A DNA stretch of 50,712 nucleotides, taken from NCBI GenBank assembly GCA_018398765.1, contig JAHBMJ010000314.1, positions 1 through 50,712 of the forward strand, in the 5' to 3' direction. Under the pieces are notes generated by a model, which had not been told where the DNA came from, did not search any database, and was given only the letters and a program-made list of their open reading frames with translations. This DNA comes from Chromera velia (Eukaryota). This document shows, in pieces, positions 1 through 12,474 of this stretch (within the stretch, counting starts at the first letter, position 1; every line of letters starts with the position of its first letter). A program made the translations under genes and the position numbers.

Positions 1-59
1 TCTGTCTGCCTGTCTGTCTGTCTGTCTGTCTGTCTGCCTGTCTGTCTGTCCGCTTGCAG

Positions 60-269
60 CGATGGGAGGGATTCTGGCTGTGCGTTTGATGAGGGGGCAC
101 CTGGACGGCTTCAAGAATGCTTTTGACCAGGAGAAGGGGTTCGATCTGTCTGAATACCTCAAGGGGACGGGGTCGGCCTCCTCCTTCTCTCATCATTCTA
201 GCTCGTGCCTTCTTTCATTCTTCAAAGAAAAGTGTGAAGACAACCGAGCTTTGAAGAAATCACAGGACA

Positions 270-318
<49 letters not shown>

Positions 319-327
319 TGTCCATCT

Positions 328-361
<34 letters not shown>

Positions 362-3300
362 CTGTCTTTCAAAAGGAACAAGAAAAACAGAAAGAAAGAA
401 AGAAACAAAGAAGGAGAAAAGAAGTCATCTAGTCTGTCTGCCTTCACTATTTTATTGACCCTTTCCCCTGTCTGTCTGCAGCTTTTATTTGTTGCCTGCA
501 GTTTTTGGGATCTGTGCTGCGCTTGCCTTTTTGTTTCTGGCGCCCTGTCTGACGGACACATTCCAAATCAAGTGGAAGAAAAGACTCTCCAGACACGTCC
601 ATCTGATGACATCTCTTGGAGGGAAAATGTACAAAGACGGTGGGTGGGTGGGTGGGTGGGTAGAGGGGATGCGTTGCAGGTGGATCAGATGCGACCTGTG
701 TCGCATTCTGTGGGTGCATGGATCTCCGCCTCTCCTCTCCCTTGTTCCGTAGACCAACGCACTCACAAAAACATATACGTAGAAACTCTCTGTCCTGTTT
801 GATTTCTCTTCTGTTCTCTCCTCTTTCCGTTTCACACACGCGTACGAATGAGAGCATCTGTGAATGAATGAAAAACGATAATTCAATGAATGAGTGCAGG
901 GGGAGGGAAGTTGGATGACGTCCTCGACGCAGAGATGGACGGCGATGCGGAGGGGGAGGAAAAGGTCAGTCAGTCAGTCAGTCAGCCAGATAGCCGGTAT
1001 GTCAATTTGTGGAGGCCGGGGTTCACTCCATCCTCTCCGCTCCCTTTCGCCTTCCACTTTTGGTACAGTGAGTCTGTGTACGAGAATGAAAATGCATGTC
1101 GGTTTCTTTCTACCAAAACTGGAGAGAATACGGGGGGGCTGCAACCAATTCGTGACCGCGGTATCCATCCCATGATTTGTTCACCGGGTAACGGAATAAA
1201 GGTAGGAATGAATGTCTAAATGTGCAGCAGAACCAAGCAGACGTGACGGGAGAGATCGGGGTAGTTGCAGAGGAAGAGGCGTTGGAGGCGATGGAGGACG
1301 AAGAGAATGAATATAGAGGACTTGGGAAGAATGGGAAAGTCTTCTGCGTCTGCTCATGTCAGTCGGGCAGATAGGGATAGGGATTGATGGTGCGTGCAGG
1401 CTAATGAAGGCCTTAATCGGTCTGCGTTGGATAGAAAGCCTTACGTCACCTCAGCCTCCAGTGTACTTTTCACCTTTCTCTCTCTGCTCTTTTCTTCCTC
1501 TCTCCCTGTCCTCCCCTCGTTTTCTCTTTGTGAGTCTGCTCTTGTGTGGACACTTGTTCTCTCGGCTCGGTGGAGGGTTTCGGCACAATGACTGAGAGAC
1601 CCAGTTACCCTCATGAGGCTAGCCGAACCCCACTCTTTCTCTCTCTGTGCGCTCTCGTCAGTCTTCTTTCGTCCTCTGCTTACAGCCTCGCTGCGGGTCA
1701 GCTGAAGGAACCATGAGAAGGTTCGAGTGCGTAGATTTGGCTGTTTTTTTCTTCGGCTCGCCTGAACTCTCTCTGTCCACCTGCCTACCTCCTCGCCTGC
1801 AGTGCTACAGACCCTCGCCTGTGTCGCTGCCATCGTCGTTGTCCCCTTCATCTGGTTGGGGGAGGCTAATACGATAGCTGCTGTGTACGGGGGACACTGC
1901 TCCTTTCTCTCTATCCTGGATTTGGTCGGTCGGTACTTCGGTCCTCTCCTTTCGTCTGTACGTCAGTCTGGTGATTCAATGGAGGTTGCCTCGTGGCCTT
2001 CGTGTTTTGCTTGGATACGGTTGACATTGAAGAGAGCGAGGAGAAAGTCCATGCTCTTTTCGTTCCTTTCTTTTCTGAAACAGAATGTGATGCAGTGTGT
2101 CCTTTGTCTCTTTTTCCTTCCTTTCAAATTGGACCTCTCAATTTTATTTATTTATTTTTCCATATTTATTTTTCCTTTCAAATTGGACCTCTTTCAACGA
2201 CACAACGTGTGTATGTGTTGCTCGAGTGTCTGCAGTGGCACAACGGAACCCATCTCGATGAGGAGATCATGAAGCGTATGGAAATGGTCAGTGGGCAGTT
2301 GGAGGCTTTTGTTTCTTTCCAATGTGTTCTCTCTGCTGCGTACCTGCAAGTCCCTTTCAAAAGAATTTACGTGTCCGTCAAGACAGTTGCAGTGGAAAAC
2401 AGGCAGGCAGCTCGTATCTCTGTCTGTCTAAGTGCCTTCAAACGTGCAGCATCTAAGAAGACAGTTGATCACCTCCATTTCAGACCATCCGGAAGATGAA
2501 AACAAGACGTTCCTTTCGCTTACACTTCTTTGTTCCTCGCACTGAATCCATTCATTCGAATGTTTTCAGATTCTCGCTGTGACAGAGGGAAACGCAATCG
2601 ACAAATGGTTGACCGACCAGGCCGACAACTTGAAGAGCATTGAAGCCCCCTCTGCCTATGAAGTCCTGAGGCTCCAGACAAAGGAGTCTGCATTGGGGGA
2701 CTATTCTGTGCAGACAGGGTCGAACTCCACCAACAGCACTAGGCTGAGAGGTTTGATGGGGAGAGGGATGCAGGACGACAGTGAAGCTCTGACGGCAAGC
2801 AACGTGAGGGGATGGTCAGTTGCTTTCTTTTTCTATCTTTCTTCGAATTGGTTGTCTTTGTTCATGAATCATGTCCCCATATGCTCAAAAAGTGGTCTTC
2901 GATTTGTCACAACTTGCACGGTGAGAGGATTGCATTCCAGGGAGTTAGTTCTCTTACTCATCAGAGCAACGTGTGGGCGTTTCTTCACCAGACCTTTGAT
3001 CGATTCCGTGTAACTATTATTTCTTCACTTGATCTGTTTTCTCTTGCCCTTGTAAGGCTCATGTGGTGATGGCTGCCGAAGTGCCGACTTAAACAAAAGT
3101 GTTACTGTTTTTTTCTTGTTTTTTCCGGCGACTCGAAACGTGCGTTCAGGATCAGCGTCATGAACTCCTCTCTGACTGCCAACCCCCCTCCTTGGCGAGG
3201 CACTAAGGCGATCAAAGAGGATCTTCAGACCCTCTCTTCCGGTCTCCTCTGGGACTCTGAGCACAATACTGCGTTAATGGACACCGTCAAACTTGCACAG

Positions 3301-5199
3301 AGCTACACGCAAGTATTTGCAGAAACAATCGCGGACCTGAAGGGCGTCAATGAGACGGCCACGGAAGTCAACAATCTGTACAGCGATACGCTGGATCACT
3401 CCTGCGTCTTCTGCTACCTTGCAACTGCACCCACGGAGACTTTGCAGGGAGCGGAGGAGGGGCATATGCTCTACATGACCGGGTGGGGGTGGCCGGTCCC
3501 TTACTACACCGCATGGAAGTACACTACAGCGAGAGATGCCATTGCAACCCGGTATGACAATCTGGTCAGTCCGTCGATCGGCCTTTGTGATATTCTTGAC
3601 TGATCTCTTTGTGATCTGTGACCTCCATATCTGCCTCGTCTTTTTGCCTTTTCGTCTTTGTCGCTACGGGTTGCTCAAGATTGGAGATTGAAAAGTACAA
3701 GATCAGGATACACGCTTTCTCTCCCTCCATTTTGAGTCTATATTTTCCTTTCCTGTCTCTCCACGTTCCTCTTGTTGTCTTTGTTTTCTTTTTCGTCTCT
3801 CTGTTCATTCCCTTTTTCCTTTCTGCAGGGATGGAAGTACAAGCGCTACTCGTACACGACTGTCGACAACTCCACCACCACACAAATCGATGACTCAGAC
3901 CTCAACATGATGTCTTCCCCTGGGACGACCTACCACACAACAGGGCCGACAGGAGAGTCTGTACAAACGAGAAATGACCCCAGTGTGGGCAACGCGAAGG
4001 CAAAACAGTGGAGACTAGGGCCCCTCGCCTCTATTCTTGAGACTCTGACGACAGAAAGCGGGAACACGTTCACGGAACTGTGGAGAACTTCGGCAGTGGT
4101 ACGTCAACTTTTTGGAAGTTCTCAGCAGACACGGCTTCGTGAGGACACCCATGGAACGACAGCGATGATGACCACACTGGATGACGACATGCTCATCCAC
4201 AGAGGCGCGCTGGACTTTCTTAGGTAGGTGTGCTTGCCTTCCTTCCTTCCTTCCGACAGACACTTTTTGTGCATTGACTATCTGTAGTCGTGTGAACGAC
4301 TGAGACTCAAAGGCCCCACACAGGATTTTGTTTTCTGAAGAAATGTCTCAACGGCTGTGTCTGGAAGAAGTGAGGATGCAATCTGCTCTTCCGGCGCAGA
4401 TAGACCCATCAACGTAATTTCACTTACTTTACCTACTCACCTTCTTCCTCAAGTGCTTTGTTTCTTTCTTCAAAACCGAGTCAACTTGAACCAATCCATC
4501 ATTCTCCATCTCTTTCTTCCCCTGCAGGTTTTCTGAAGTCAAGTCCGTCTTCAGTCGCACTTACTGTATCCTCAGTGGTCTCCTTGCCCTGGTGGCTGTC
4601 GTCTCGTTGGGCATGGAACCTTTTGTCAGACGGAGGTGCAAGTTCACGCTGCCTCAAGGAGTGCCCATCTACATTGCTGTGGTGGCCGTCTGCTTCGGAA
4701 TGATCGCACTCATCTTGGGATCTGCGACAATCGTCAGTTGGCTGTCCCGTGTCTGCATAGAGAGGGCGGAAAAGCGAGGGTCTGGGAAACAGATCTACAA
4801 GAAGAACAGTGTGTACAGATGTTGAAGTAATACAAAAGGTTGACTAGATTAATTGCAGATCCCCTGACCTGGACACAGAAGTGAGCAGACCCTCGCTTAA
4901 TTGAATGTTGCTTGACTACTGCCTGTGTGTGATTGAACTTTGATGCAGATCACAGCATTCATCGCAGCTGACTTTGCCGAGTTCATCGTCAGAGATTTCC
5001 TGAATGAGGGCGGGCTGATGACCTACCGAGTCCTTTTAGGCTTTCCCTACCCTGGGGGGGGGAGGCAGGGGTTCAACACGACCGCGTGGGCCCTCCAGAG
5101 CGGTGCATGCTTCGGGTATCTGAACACGAGCAGCTCCAACGGCACGGCGACGACGCAGAACACGACGCTGCCATGGATGGTTGGTCTGTCTTATTTTCG

Positions 5200-5235
<36 letters not shown>

Positions 5236-8200
5236 GGGTGGCTGGCAGTGTTTGTTGTGGACCTTTGTGTTTGCCGATTGGCGCGCGTGGCGGGTAGGCA
5301 CGAGGTGCGGGAGGGGAGGATGACTGCTGGGGTAAAGGGTTCGTGAATGAATTTGTGCTGCATCCATCTGCTTGTTCCAAAGAGCAACACCCACAACATA
5401 ATGGAAAGACAAAAATGACAGAAGCATAGTGAAGGGAGATGGAAAGGCAAAAAGCAGGAAGAAGGAAACATACAACTTTGCAAACGATTCAAAAATGCTG
5501 CGAGGCTCCCTTCGTACTGCCACTTGAAGGAGAAGGATCGCGAGGGAGAGAGAAAAGTAGACTTGTCAACTGGCTCTTTCCTCGTCGCTTCCTTCCCTTT
5601 CTCCTTCTATTCTTCTTTATTCCCTCGATCATTTCCTGTATGCCCGTTTTCTTTCTGGCTGAGTCCCTCGATCATTTCTTGTGTGCCCGTTTTCTTTCTG
5701 GCTGAACGAATCCCATGGCTTGCCTGCAGGGTCAGGGCCACCTGCTGAACGCCACAGAGGTGTACAACCACTACAATTTCTCTGGTCCTCTCGTGTCTGT
5801 CTCCGGTGGTAAGACGGGGTGGCAGGTGCTGGTGAACTCGGATAAGTGGAGCGAGATTGACAAACCGTTCTTCGAGTAAGTCGAGGGGTCCGTCTGGAAA
5901 CGATTGTCGGGGGCGTTTTGAAATCGAAGAAAGAAAACAACAAATGAGAGATTGCATACATTGCAGTAGAATGAACTCTCAGCCGCTTTATCCGGGAGCC
6001 TTGTTTCCTGCCACTCTCTCTGCCTGCCTGTTCACGTATCTATGCATCTGGCCGTCTGCCTGTTCCCATGGGACTGCAGTTCAGCTGGGTGGAAAAGAAC
6101 ACAGATCTGCATCTTTACAAGGGGCCCTAATGCTGCATGCCGTCTCTTTCTTGTTCGCTCTGACTTTGAACCTGATTCTTCTTTCTGTGTGCAGATGGGA
6201 GGCTGATCGCATCCAGTGGTTGTGGGACACTTACGGAAGCAGATCGCTTTTTGTTCTGGACCCCTACAGGACTTACAACACCACCCGTCGGGCCCTGGAA
6301 AGCGAAAACGATGAAGGGTCTGAACAGGACGAGGACGAATATCGGAAGGATAGGGAGGCGTCAAATCTTCGTGCACGCCGTAGACAGAGACGTAAACTAG
6401 GGCGGTTCCTTGCATCTCTCGAACCTCAGGAGGAGCAGCGAGAGGAGGAATGGTTCGGACACACAGAGGCGAGGCAACTGCAGACAGAGCAGCAGATCCT
6501 GCAGGCAATGTTGGGCTCAACCATCTTGAGGCACAACCTGACGCTTGAGTATCCCGACACGGTAGGAGACCCCTCGCCTCTGACGAGGACCTACAACGGC
6601 CTGGATACATTCGCGACGCTACTGAGAAAGCTGACTGGTCAGTGAGTACATGGGGCAGCGGACGGACATAATCAGCTTGTTCTGCACCATTTTCAGGTTT
6701 TCAAACCATTTTGCTCTTCTGTTTCACATCCATGTATTCTTTTGGCGCAATAAGATTCCTTTTTGACTCCGGGTCTTTCTTTCAAGTCATTCAAAAGTAC
6801 AGGTCCCTACTCACCCTTCTCTGCCGTCGTGCACTGGCCCTTCCTTCCTCTTATCAAATAATGTGCATGCTTTTCTTGTTATGCCCATGCATGCAGGTTG
6901 TGAGAAGGTGTTCCTCTACGAGGAGGGCCTCCCCATGAAGGCAGAGGATCAGGATGCAGCCAACTGGTGGATTGGTCCTGACTTCTCCACATCCAGCAGC
7001 ACACTCAACTCACTCGGCTTCACCAACGTATTCTGCAGACAGGTCTGCATGTCATTCTTTTAGCTTCTTGTATTCAATCACGGGGTGTATGAACGTTCTT
7101 GTATTCAATCACGGGGTGTATGAACGAGAGAAACGAAGCTCCTCGTGAGCCACACCAAAACTTTCTGCAGCCAATTATGTTGAGTCCGATATGGCTTACG
7201 GAGATCTTTTTGCCATGCTCCCTAGCAAGTGCCGACTGCTCATGTGCATTTTTGATGTGGCGACTTAATTGTGTTTCTGCCATGCATGTGGAATATGTCC
7301 ACGCGGAGGCATACCGCGCCAGCGGATCGTCCAGTGAGTATGGAGATCGGCGAACTTTTCCTTTTGCATGCATGCAGGCTGACTCTGTTCGATTCGCTAT
7401 GCTCCCCCCTTCCTAATGAACTTATTTGTGATGATGATGATGATGATGACATTGATTCCGTTCATCTGCGTGCAGGCCCTGATCTAGGGGGTCTACAGAC
7501 AGAAACTCCAGAAGAACACCTACGAGCTGGGCATGAAGTTGGTCCAACAAGAACCAACAAACACATACCGTTGGGCTGATGCCTCGAGTGCAATCCCAGA
7601 GTGGAACTCTCGTCGTTTGTTTCTGAATGAGAGTGAGAGTGAAGCCGCGTCTGGTGGGGAGGGGAAGTGGAGAGAAGAAGAATCTGATCAGAAGAAGCGG
7701 GAGAGATTGAGTCTCTCAGAGAAAGTGCAGAGAAGAAGAAGAAGAAGAAGAAGAAGAAGAAAGAGGAGGCGATTGGCCGAGTCAACTGATTACGGAGCCA
7801 GTTTAGGTCCTCCTCTGATGTTTTCCACCAAGATGCCTGACGAGACTCTCTGGGAAGAGTCTTTGAGAGAGACTGAGGTTCCGGTCACTCAGGCAGAAAT
7901 GATAGGAGGAATGTACGACCAGTGGGAGAAGGCCCGAAAGTCTCTCGATGATCTCAAGTCAAGCGCGGAGACGTTTGTGAACACTTTACGGAAGCACGCC
8001 AACACAGGCGACTTACGATCCGACGGGGAGTATGAGGGGACGGGAGAGGCTTGGCTTCATCGACAAGCAGGGGATGTGATGTCCCAGACAGACTGCAAAT
8101 TTGTCGTTGGTAAGTCTGTCTGTCTGTCAGAAAGAAAACAGATAGATGCTGTTAACAGTATATCTTTTCGGTCCATATATCATTAGGCAGGAAGAGAACT

Positions 8201-8586
8201 GGAAGATGGTCTATGAAGTATAGGGCTTGATTTGAATGTCTGTGTGAGGGGGAGAGACGAGTTTGTTTGGGGATGCAGAATGTATCAAACTGTTTTGGAC
8301 AATCAATGAGACGGTCAGGCAAGATGGATTCCTTCTGTACCACGATATCACAATTACCTGATAAAGAGATGTTGTCAACTGAGCCGACGTACTGGCTTTG
8401 TGTTCGCAGATTTTTGGCATGACGAAGCCCCCTACTGGTTGGGCAATGTCGCAGAGGCAGGGGTCTCTTCTGCGGTGTTCTGGATGTTCTCGGGGGCTGC
8501 ACTGCTTCTTTTGGCAGCTACCCAGGTCGTGGCGTTCCGTCGAGTTGTGAGAAATCAGGTGAGTGAGTGTGTGAGTGAGTGAGTGC

Positions 8587-8618
<32 letters not shown>

Positions 8619-10024
8619 GCGGCAGGATGGGAAAACATCCTCGATCCGTCAGATATTCCTCTGCAGTGTTTTTTTCCCTTTCAAAATCTTTTGTCTCCCT
8701 ACCTGCCTCTCTTTTCGACAGCATGAAACCGGAAATTTTATGTCCCCCGTGAAAAGCTTTCCTATCTCTCTCCCTTCGTGTGCGTGCGTGTGTGTGTGTG
8801 TGTGTGTGTGTGCGTAATGTTTTCTGTCGCCTGCCTGCATGCAGGTGAACAGTCTCCCCCCTCGTGAGACGACGATGTTGTTGTTTGACGAGGAGGAGGC
8901 CTCGATGAGAAACCCCATCCACATCATGGCGTCTTCTCAGCAGGTCCTCACCCAGTTCAGGTGGAAGACCTTTTGTTGGGGGTCTAGGGGGAGGCGGCAG
9001 AAGATCATGAAGGATCCTTTGGCAAGTGATTTGCATGAGGAGGCGAATGAGGGTGTGGGGGCCACACGGATGTTGTTCGATGACGAGGAGCGGACGTTGT
9101 TGCATGAAGTGCGTAACGGGGAACCTCTAATGCCTGATGAGGAGGCGGAGTGGGAGGTCTTGGTGAAGAAGGTAATGTTGAAAGAATTGGAGGCGATCGG
9201 AGAAGCAGACAGACAGAGTCGGAGATGGTCTTCCGCTCGGGAGGAGGACTTTGACGAGACCGAAGAAGAGAGAACGAGGAGATTGAACGAGCTCGCACAG
9301 TCGAAACTTGCCACATTTGCAAGAAAGTCGGTCAGACTGTTCGTTTGTGAACAGAACACTCGAAGTCTTGAACGCCAGCACCGACCAGCCGAGCAGCCTC
9401 TCTTATCCTAGCTCTTAAGTTCTTGTTCGCTAAGTTTTCCTCTCTTGCCTCCTTCTGTGCAAACGTTGCCGGTAATGTGTTCTTTTTGTCGTTTTACTCC
9501 TGTCTCGAAGAATGATTGATCTTGCCGTCTTGACTTGTCTCTGCCCTTCTTGCAGGCGCAATGAGACCGACGAAAAGAGGAAGCAGAGAATCGCGACTGA
9601 GATTTTGAAGAGCCATACGGTCTTAATGGGAGACGATTACATCGAGAGCATGCGAGAGGAGGCGGAACGGAAAAAGAAAGAGGCGGGAGACGGCTCAACA
9701 GACAGCGACGATGATGACGACGAGTCGACCCAATATGACAGACAGGATGACGGGAGGGAAGGTGAGTGGGAAGGGGGTCAAGATCAGCAGAAAGACCTTC
9801 TGGAATGGCCGGACGAGAATGGAGGTCAGAAGGGAAGACGGGACGAGACCGGGGCAGGGTTTTGGGATGATGCCGAGACGGAGAGAGCCACAAGCTCGAA
9901 GAGGTCGAAGAGGAAAAAAAGGAAAAAGTCAAAAAAAGAGAACGCAAGTGAAGGTGGAGAGGGGGGGGAGCCACAGGCACTCATAGCATGGGAAGAAGAT
10001 CCAGACGAAGGGGGAGGAGGCTGA
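60..10024 (+). CDS. Multi-exon gene (5' end upstream of window) for a large multi-pass membrane glycoprotein of unknown family; prominin/Tweety-like topology is only an inference
   Basis: A chain of GT-AG bounded coding blocks, approximately 60-171, 482-639, 900-964, 1227-1357, 1803-1924, 2236-2286, 2570-2814, 3150-3564, 3829-4223, 4529-4732, 4949-5179, ~5730-5818, 6195-6638, ~6897-7042, ~7476-8109, ~8410-8558, ~8845-9330 and ~9556-10024 (TGA 10022-10024). Hydrophobic segments (FYLLPAVFGICAALAFLFL, LACVAAIVVVPFIWL, ILSGLLALVAVVSL, IYIAVVAVCFGMIALIL, VFWMFSGAALLLLAA) are separated by long loops rich in N-x-S/T, followed by an acidic/basic C-terminal tail. Some exon boundaries are uncertain. 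Confidence 0.8.
7731..7760 (+). repeat. (AGA)10 coding microsatellite encoding poly-Arg
   Basis: agaagaaga... in frame within ORF 7533-8186. Confidence 0.9.
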
Positions 10025-10419
10025 TCAATTCAGCTTTACCCTCTGCCAGTGTACATGGTACTATGATGGTAGTAGACTTTCTAGAGCAAGAATTGCTAGA
10101 GGTGGCGTTCTTCCAAATTGCAGGGGGAGACACCTTTCTATTTTTGGTCCTAACATTCCCAATCGTGTATGTAGCATAATCACCAAGCTAGTAAATTTGA
10201 TGATAGAAAGGCAAGACACTTTGCGACTATCTGGGCTAGTACCTAGGTGATTACCAAGTTATATAAAGACTCAGGCTAGTTAAAAGAAAGTGGGAAGCAT
10301 CATATAGCTATAATAATACTTTAGGTGTAGGTATACGCTGACATCATTCACATACTACCTCAGGCTAGTTCTGTACACTGACAATACCCTGACATAAATC
10401 TGAATATTAAAAGTAGAAA

Positions 10420-10534
10420 TAGTGACCATGTTTGATTTGATTATATTTGATTTGATTTGATTTGATTTGAGCTTCAACCTCAAATATTTGATATTTGAGG
10501 TAAGATTTGAGGTTAACCTCTTAGGGTTCCTCAC
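10420..10534. mobile_element. Terminal fragment of the hAT-like MITE family seen at 25240-25671 and 39865-40745
   Basis: Begins TAGTGACCATGTTTGATTTGA with (ATTTG)n subterminal repeats and TTTGAGGTTAA...GGGTTCC, matching the reverse complement of the 40580-40745 end. The other end is not found. Confidence 0.7.
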
Positions 10535-10550
10535 TGAGTCACTGACTTAC

Positions 10551-10808
10551 TGTCACTCTGATCATTTTTCTTATGACAATAGTTATCCGAACATTTCTGA
10601 TGTGTGTTTCAAAAATGTCCCAGTCATACAGCATGTCTCTGGTGGCGAATCGGTCAAAAGCGGGGTACCTCACCCGTGGATCCGTCTCGTAGGCGACAAT
10701 CTGATTCTGATGCACCTTCACCAACTTATTAGCCCAGTTCCGTTGAGCCAACGGGAGGAGGCACGTCAGATTGTTCTGAAACCCTAACCACCGGATAGTT
10801 GTATGCGT
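10551..10808 (-). other. Orphan exon-like ORF (86 codons, phase 0-0)
   Basis: On the minus strand it is preceded by (GT)n and TTGCAG and followed by GTAAGT. Open frame THTTIRWLGFQNNL...IRKMIRVT; no recognisable domain. Confidence 0.4.
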
Positions 10809-10818
10809 CTGCAATACA

Positions 10819-10863
<45 letters not shown>

Positions 10864-12220
10864 AGATACACATACACGCACACACATACATACACACATA
10901 TAGAATGTTTGCAGACGCTCAAAAAGGGGGCCGTAAAGATGTTTCAGCACCAGAAAAGTCAACACAGCTGTTCGAAAAAACGTTTAGCTGATCGGTTTAC
11001 CTCTGCATGAAGTATCGGGTTTAGGACAGATCGGGTTTAGGAAAGGGATGGGCACAAGAGAGGGGATCGGAGCAGTGGTAGGCTTGGTACAGGAATGTAG
11101 AAGAGGCAAGAAGGGGCTCCTAGGCGGATTTATCGACTTCTCAAAGGCGTTTGACTCCATCCCTCGGCTGAAGCTTCTGGCAAAGCTGCAGGCTGAGAGA
11201 ATAGAGAAGAGAGATCTGTTGATGATTGCATCAATGTATAGAGGCGTGAAAGCGAGAGTCGATGGGGACTCGGCTCTATTCCCGGAGGGGGCAGAGGTTA
11301 AGCAAGGTGATGCGTTGTCCCCGTCGCTTTTTCTATTATTCATTAATGATCTGTATGATGAGATTCAGAAAGGAAAACGGGGAGATAGAAAGGAAATGGA
11401 GGGGGTTCACCTTGCTGGGGCCAGTTTGAGAAGTATAGACTACGCTGATGATCTTGTCTTGTTTGCATACTCAGCAGCCGACCTCCAAGCAAAATTTGAT
11501 GCCCTGGAGGGGTATTGCAGAAAGTGGGGGTTGAATGTCAATCTAAAAAAAACTAAGGTCTTGCACCTTTGTGAATACCGCGAGGACTGTAACGGCATGA
11601 TTTTATACCAAAAGAAGGAAGTAGACTGGTGTGATCAGTACAAATATTTGGGTTACCTTCTGTTTGAGGGAGGGGATTTGACTTGGTTGATTGAAGCACG
11701 CCTACGCAGTGCAGAGCGTGCAATGAGGGTGGTGATTAGTCTGGCTATGAATCTGTCTGGGTTGCCTCTCGGGGGAAAGATGCAGCTGCTGAAGGCGTAC
11801 TGGGAGCTGGTGGCACTTTATAGCCTGGAGTGCTTTCCGATAAGACAGGGAGACTGGGAGGCGATTGACAACTTGTGGCTCTGGTTTGTTCGATGGGCGG
11901 CCCGACTTCCGGTCAAGAGTTTGCGTGTACCCTCTCTTTTGTCTCTTAATTTAATGTCTAGCTGCTCACACGCTCTTGTGTGCTCGTTTTGCTTCATTCT
12001 GGATTGTACTTAGCCGTTCGCATCTCCGTATTCCTTAGGCTCTTTTGAATTCATGGAAGGGACCAGCGGGGCAGAAGCAAAAACGAGCCGTCAATGGTCT
12101 GTTCAGATGGGCAGGCCTTGACTTTTTGACGTCTCTCCCTGTTCGAAGCTCAGAAAGACGGGCCCCAAAGGGGAATTTGTTTATTTTTGCCAAAATTAAG
12201 GATGCTTGGGGAATAGAATG

Positions 12221-12474
12221 TGTAACGTTGTGAGGCTAGCCAGCCGCGTAACGGTACGTGAAGCAGCATGTCAGGCTATATCGAGATACGTGCAGTTCGA
12301 GCGTATTTGGATCCATGCAATTAAGCTACGCACATGCATGCAGTCAGCAGTGAGTCAAGCTTTCGTATAAAAGTCTGTAAGGGAGTATCTAGAAGTAAGA
12401 ACCTTGTATAACAGAACTTCTTATACCAGATGAGCCCCGTGCATCAGCTAGCCACTGCACCATACTCTGTAGCG
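12221..12474 (+). repeat. 5' LTR (254 bp), TATAAAAG at 12366
   Basis: Direct repeat of 15045-15298 with 13 mismatches. Confidence 0.92.

Noticed and set aside
2170..2235. Non-canonical CAA splice acceptor before IGPLSTTQRV
   Set aside because: A canonical in-phase TGCAG acceptor at 2231-2235 explains the exon.
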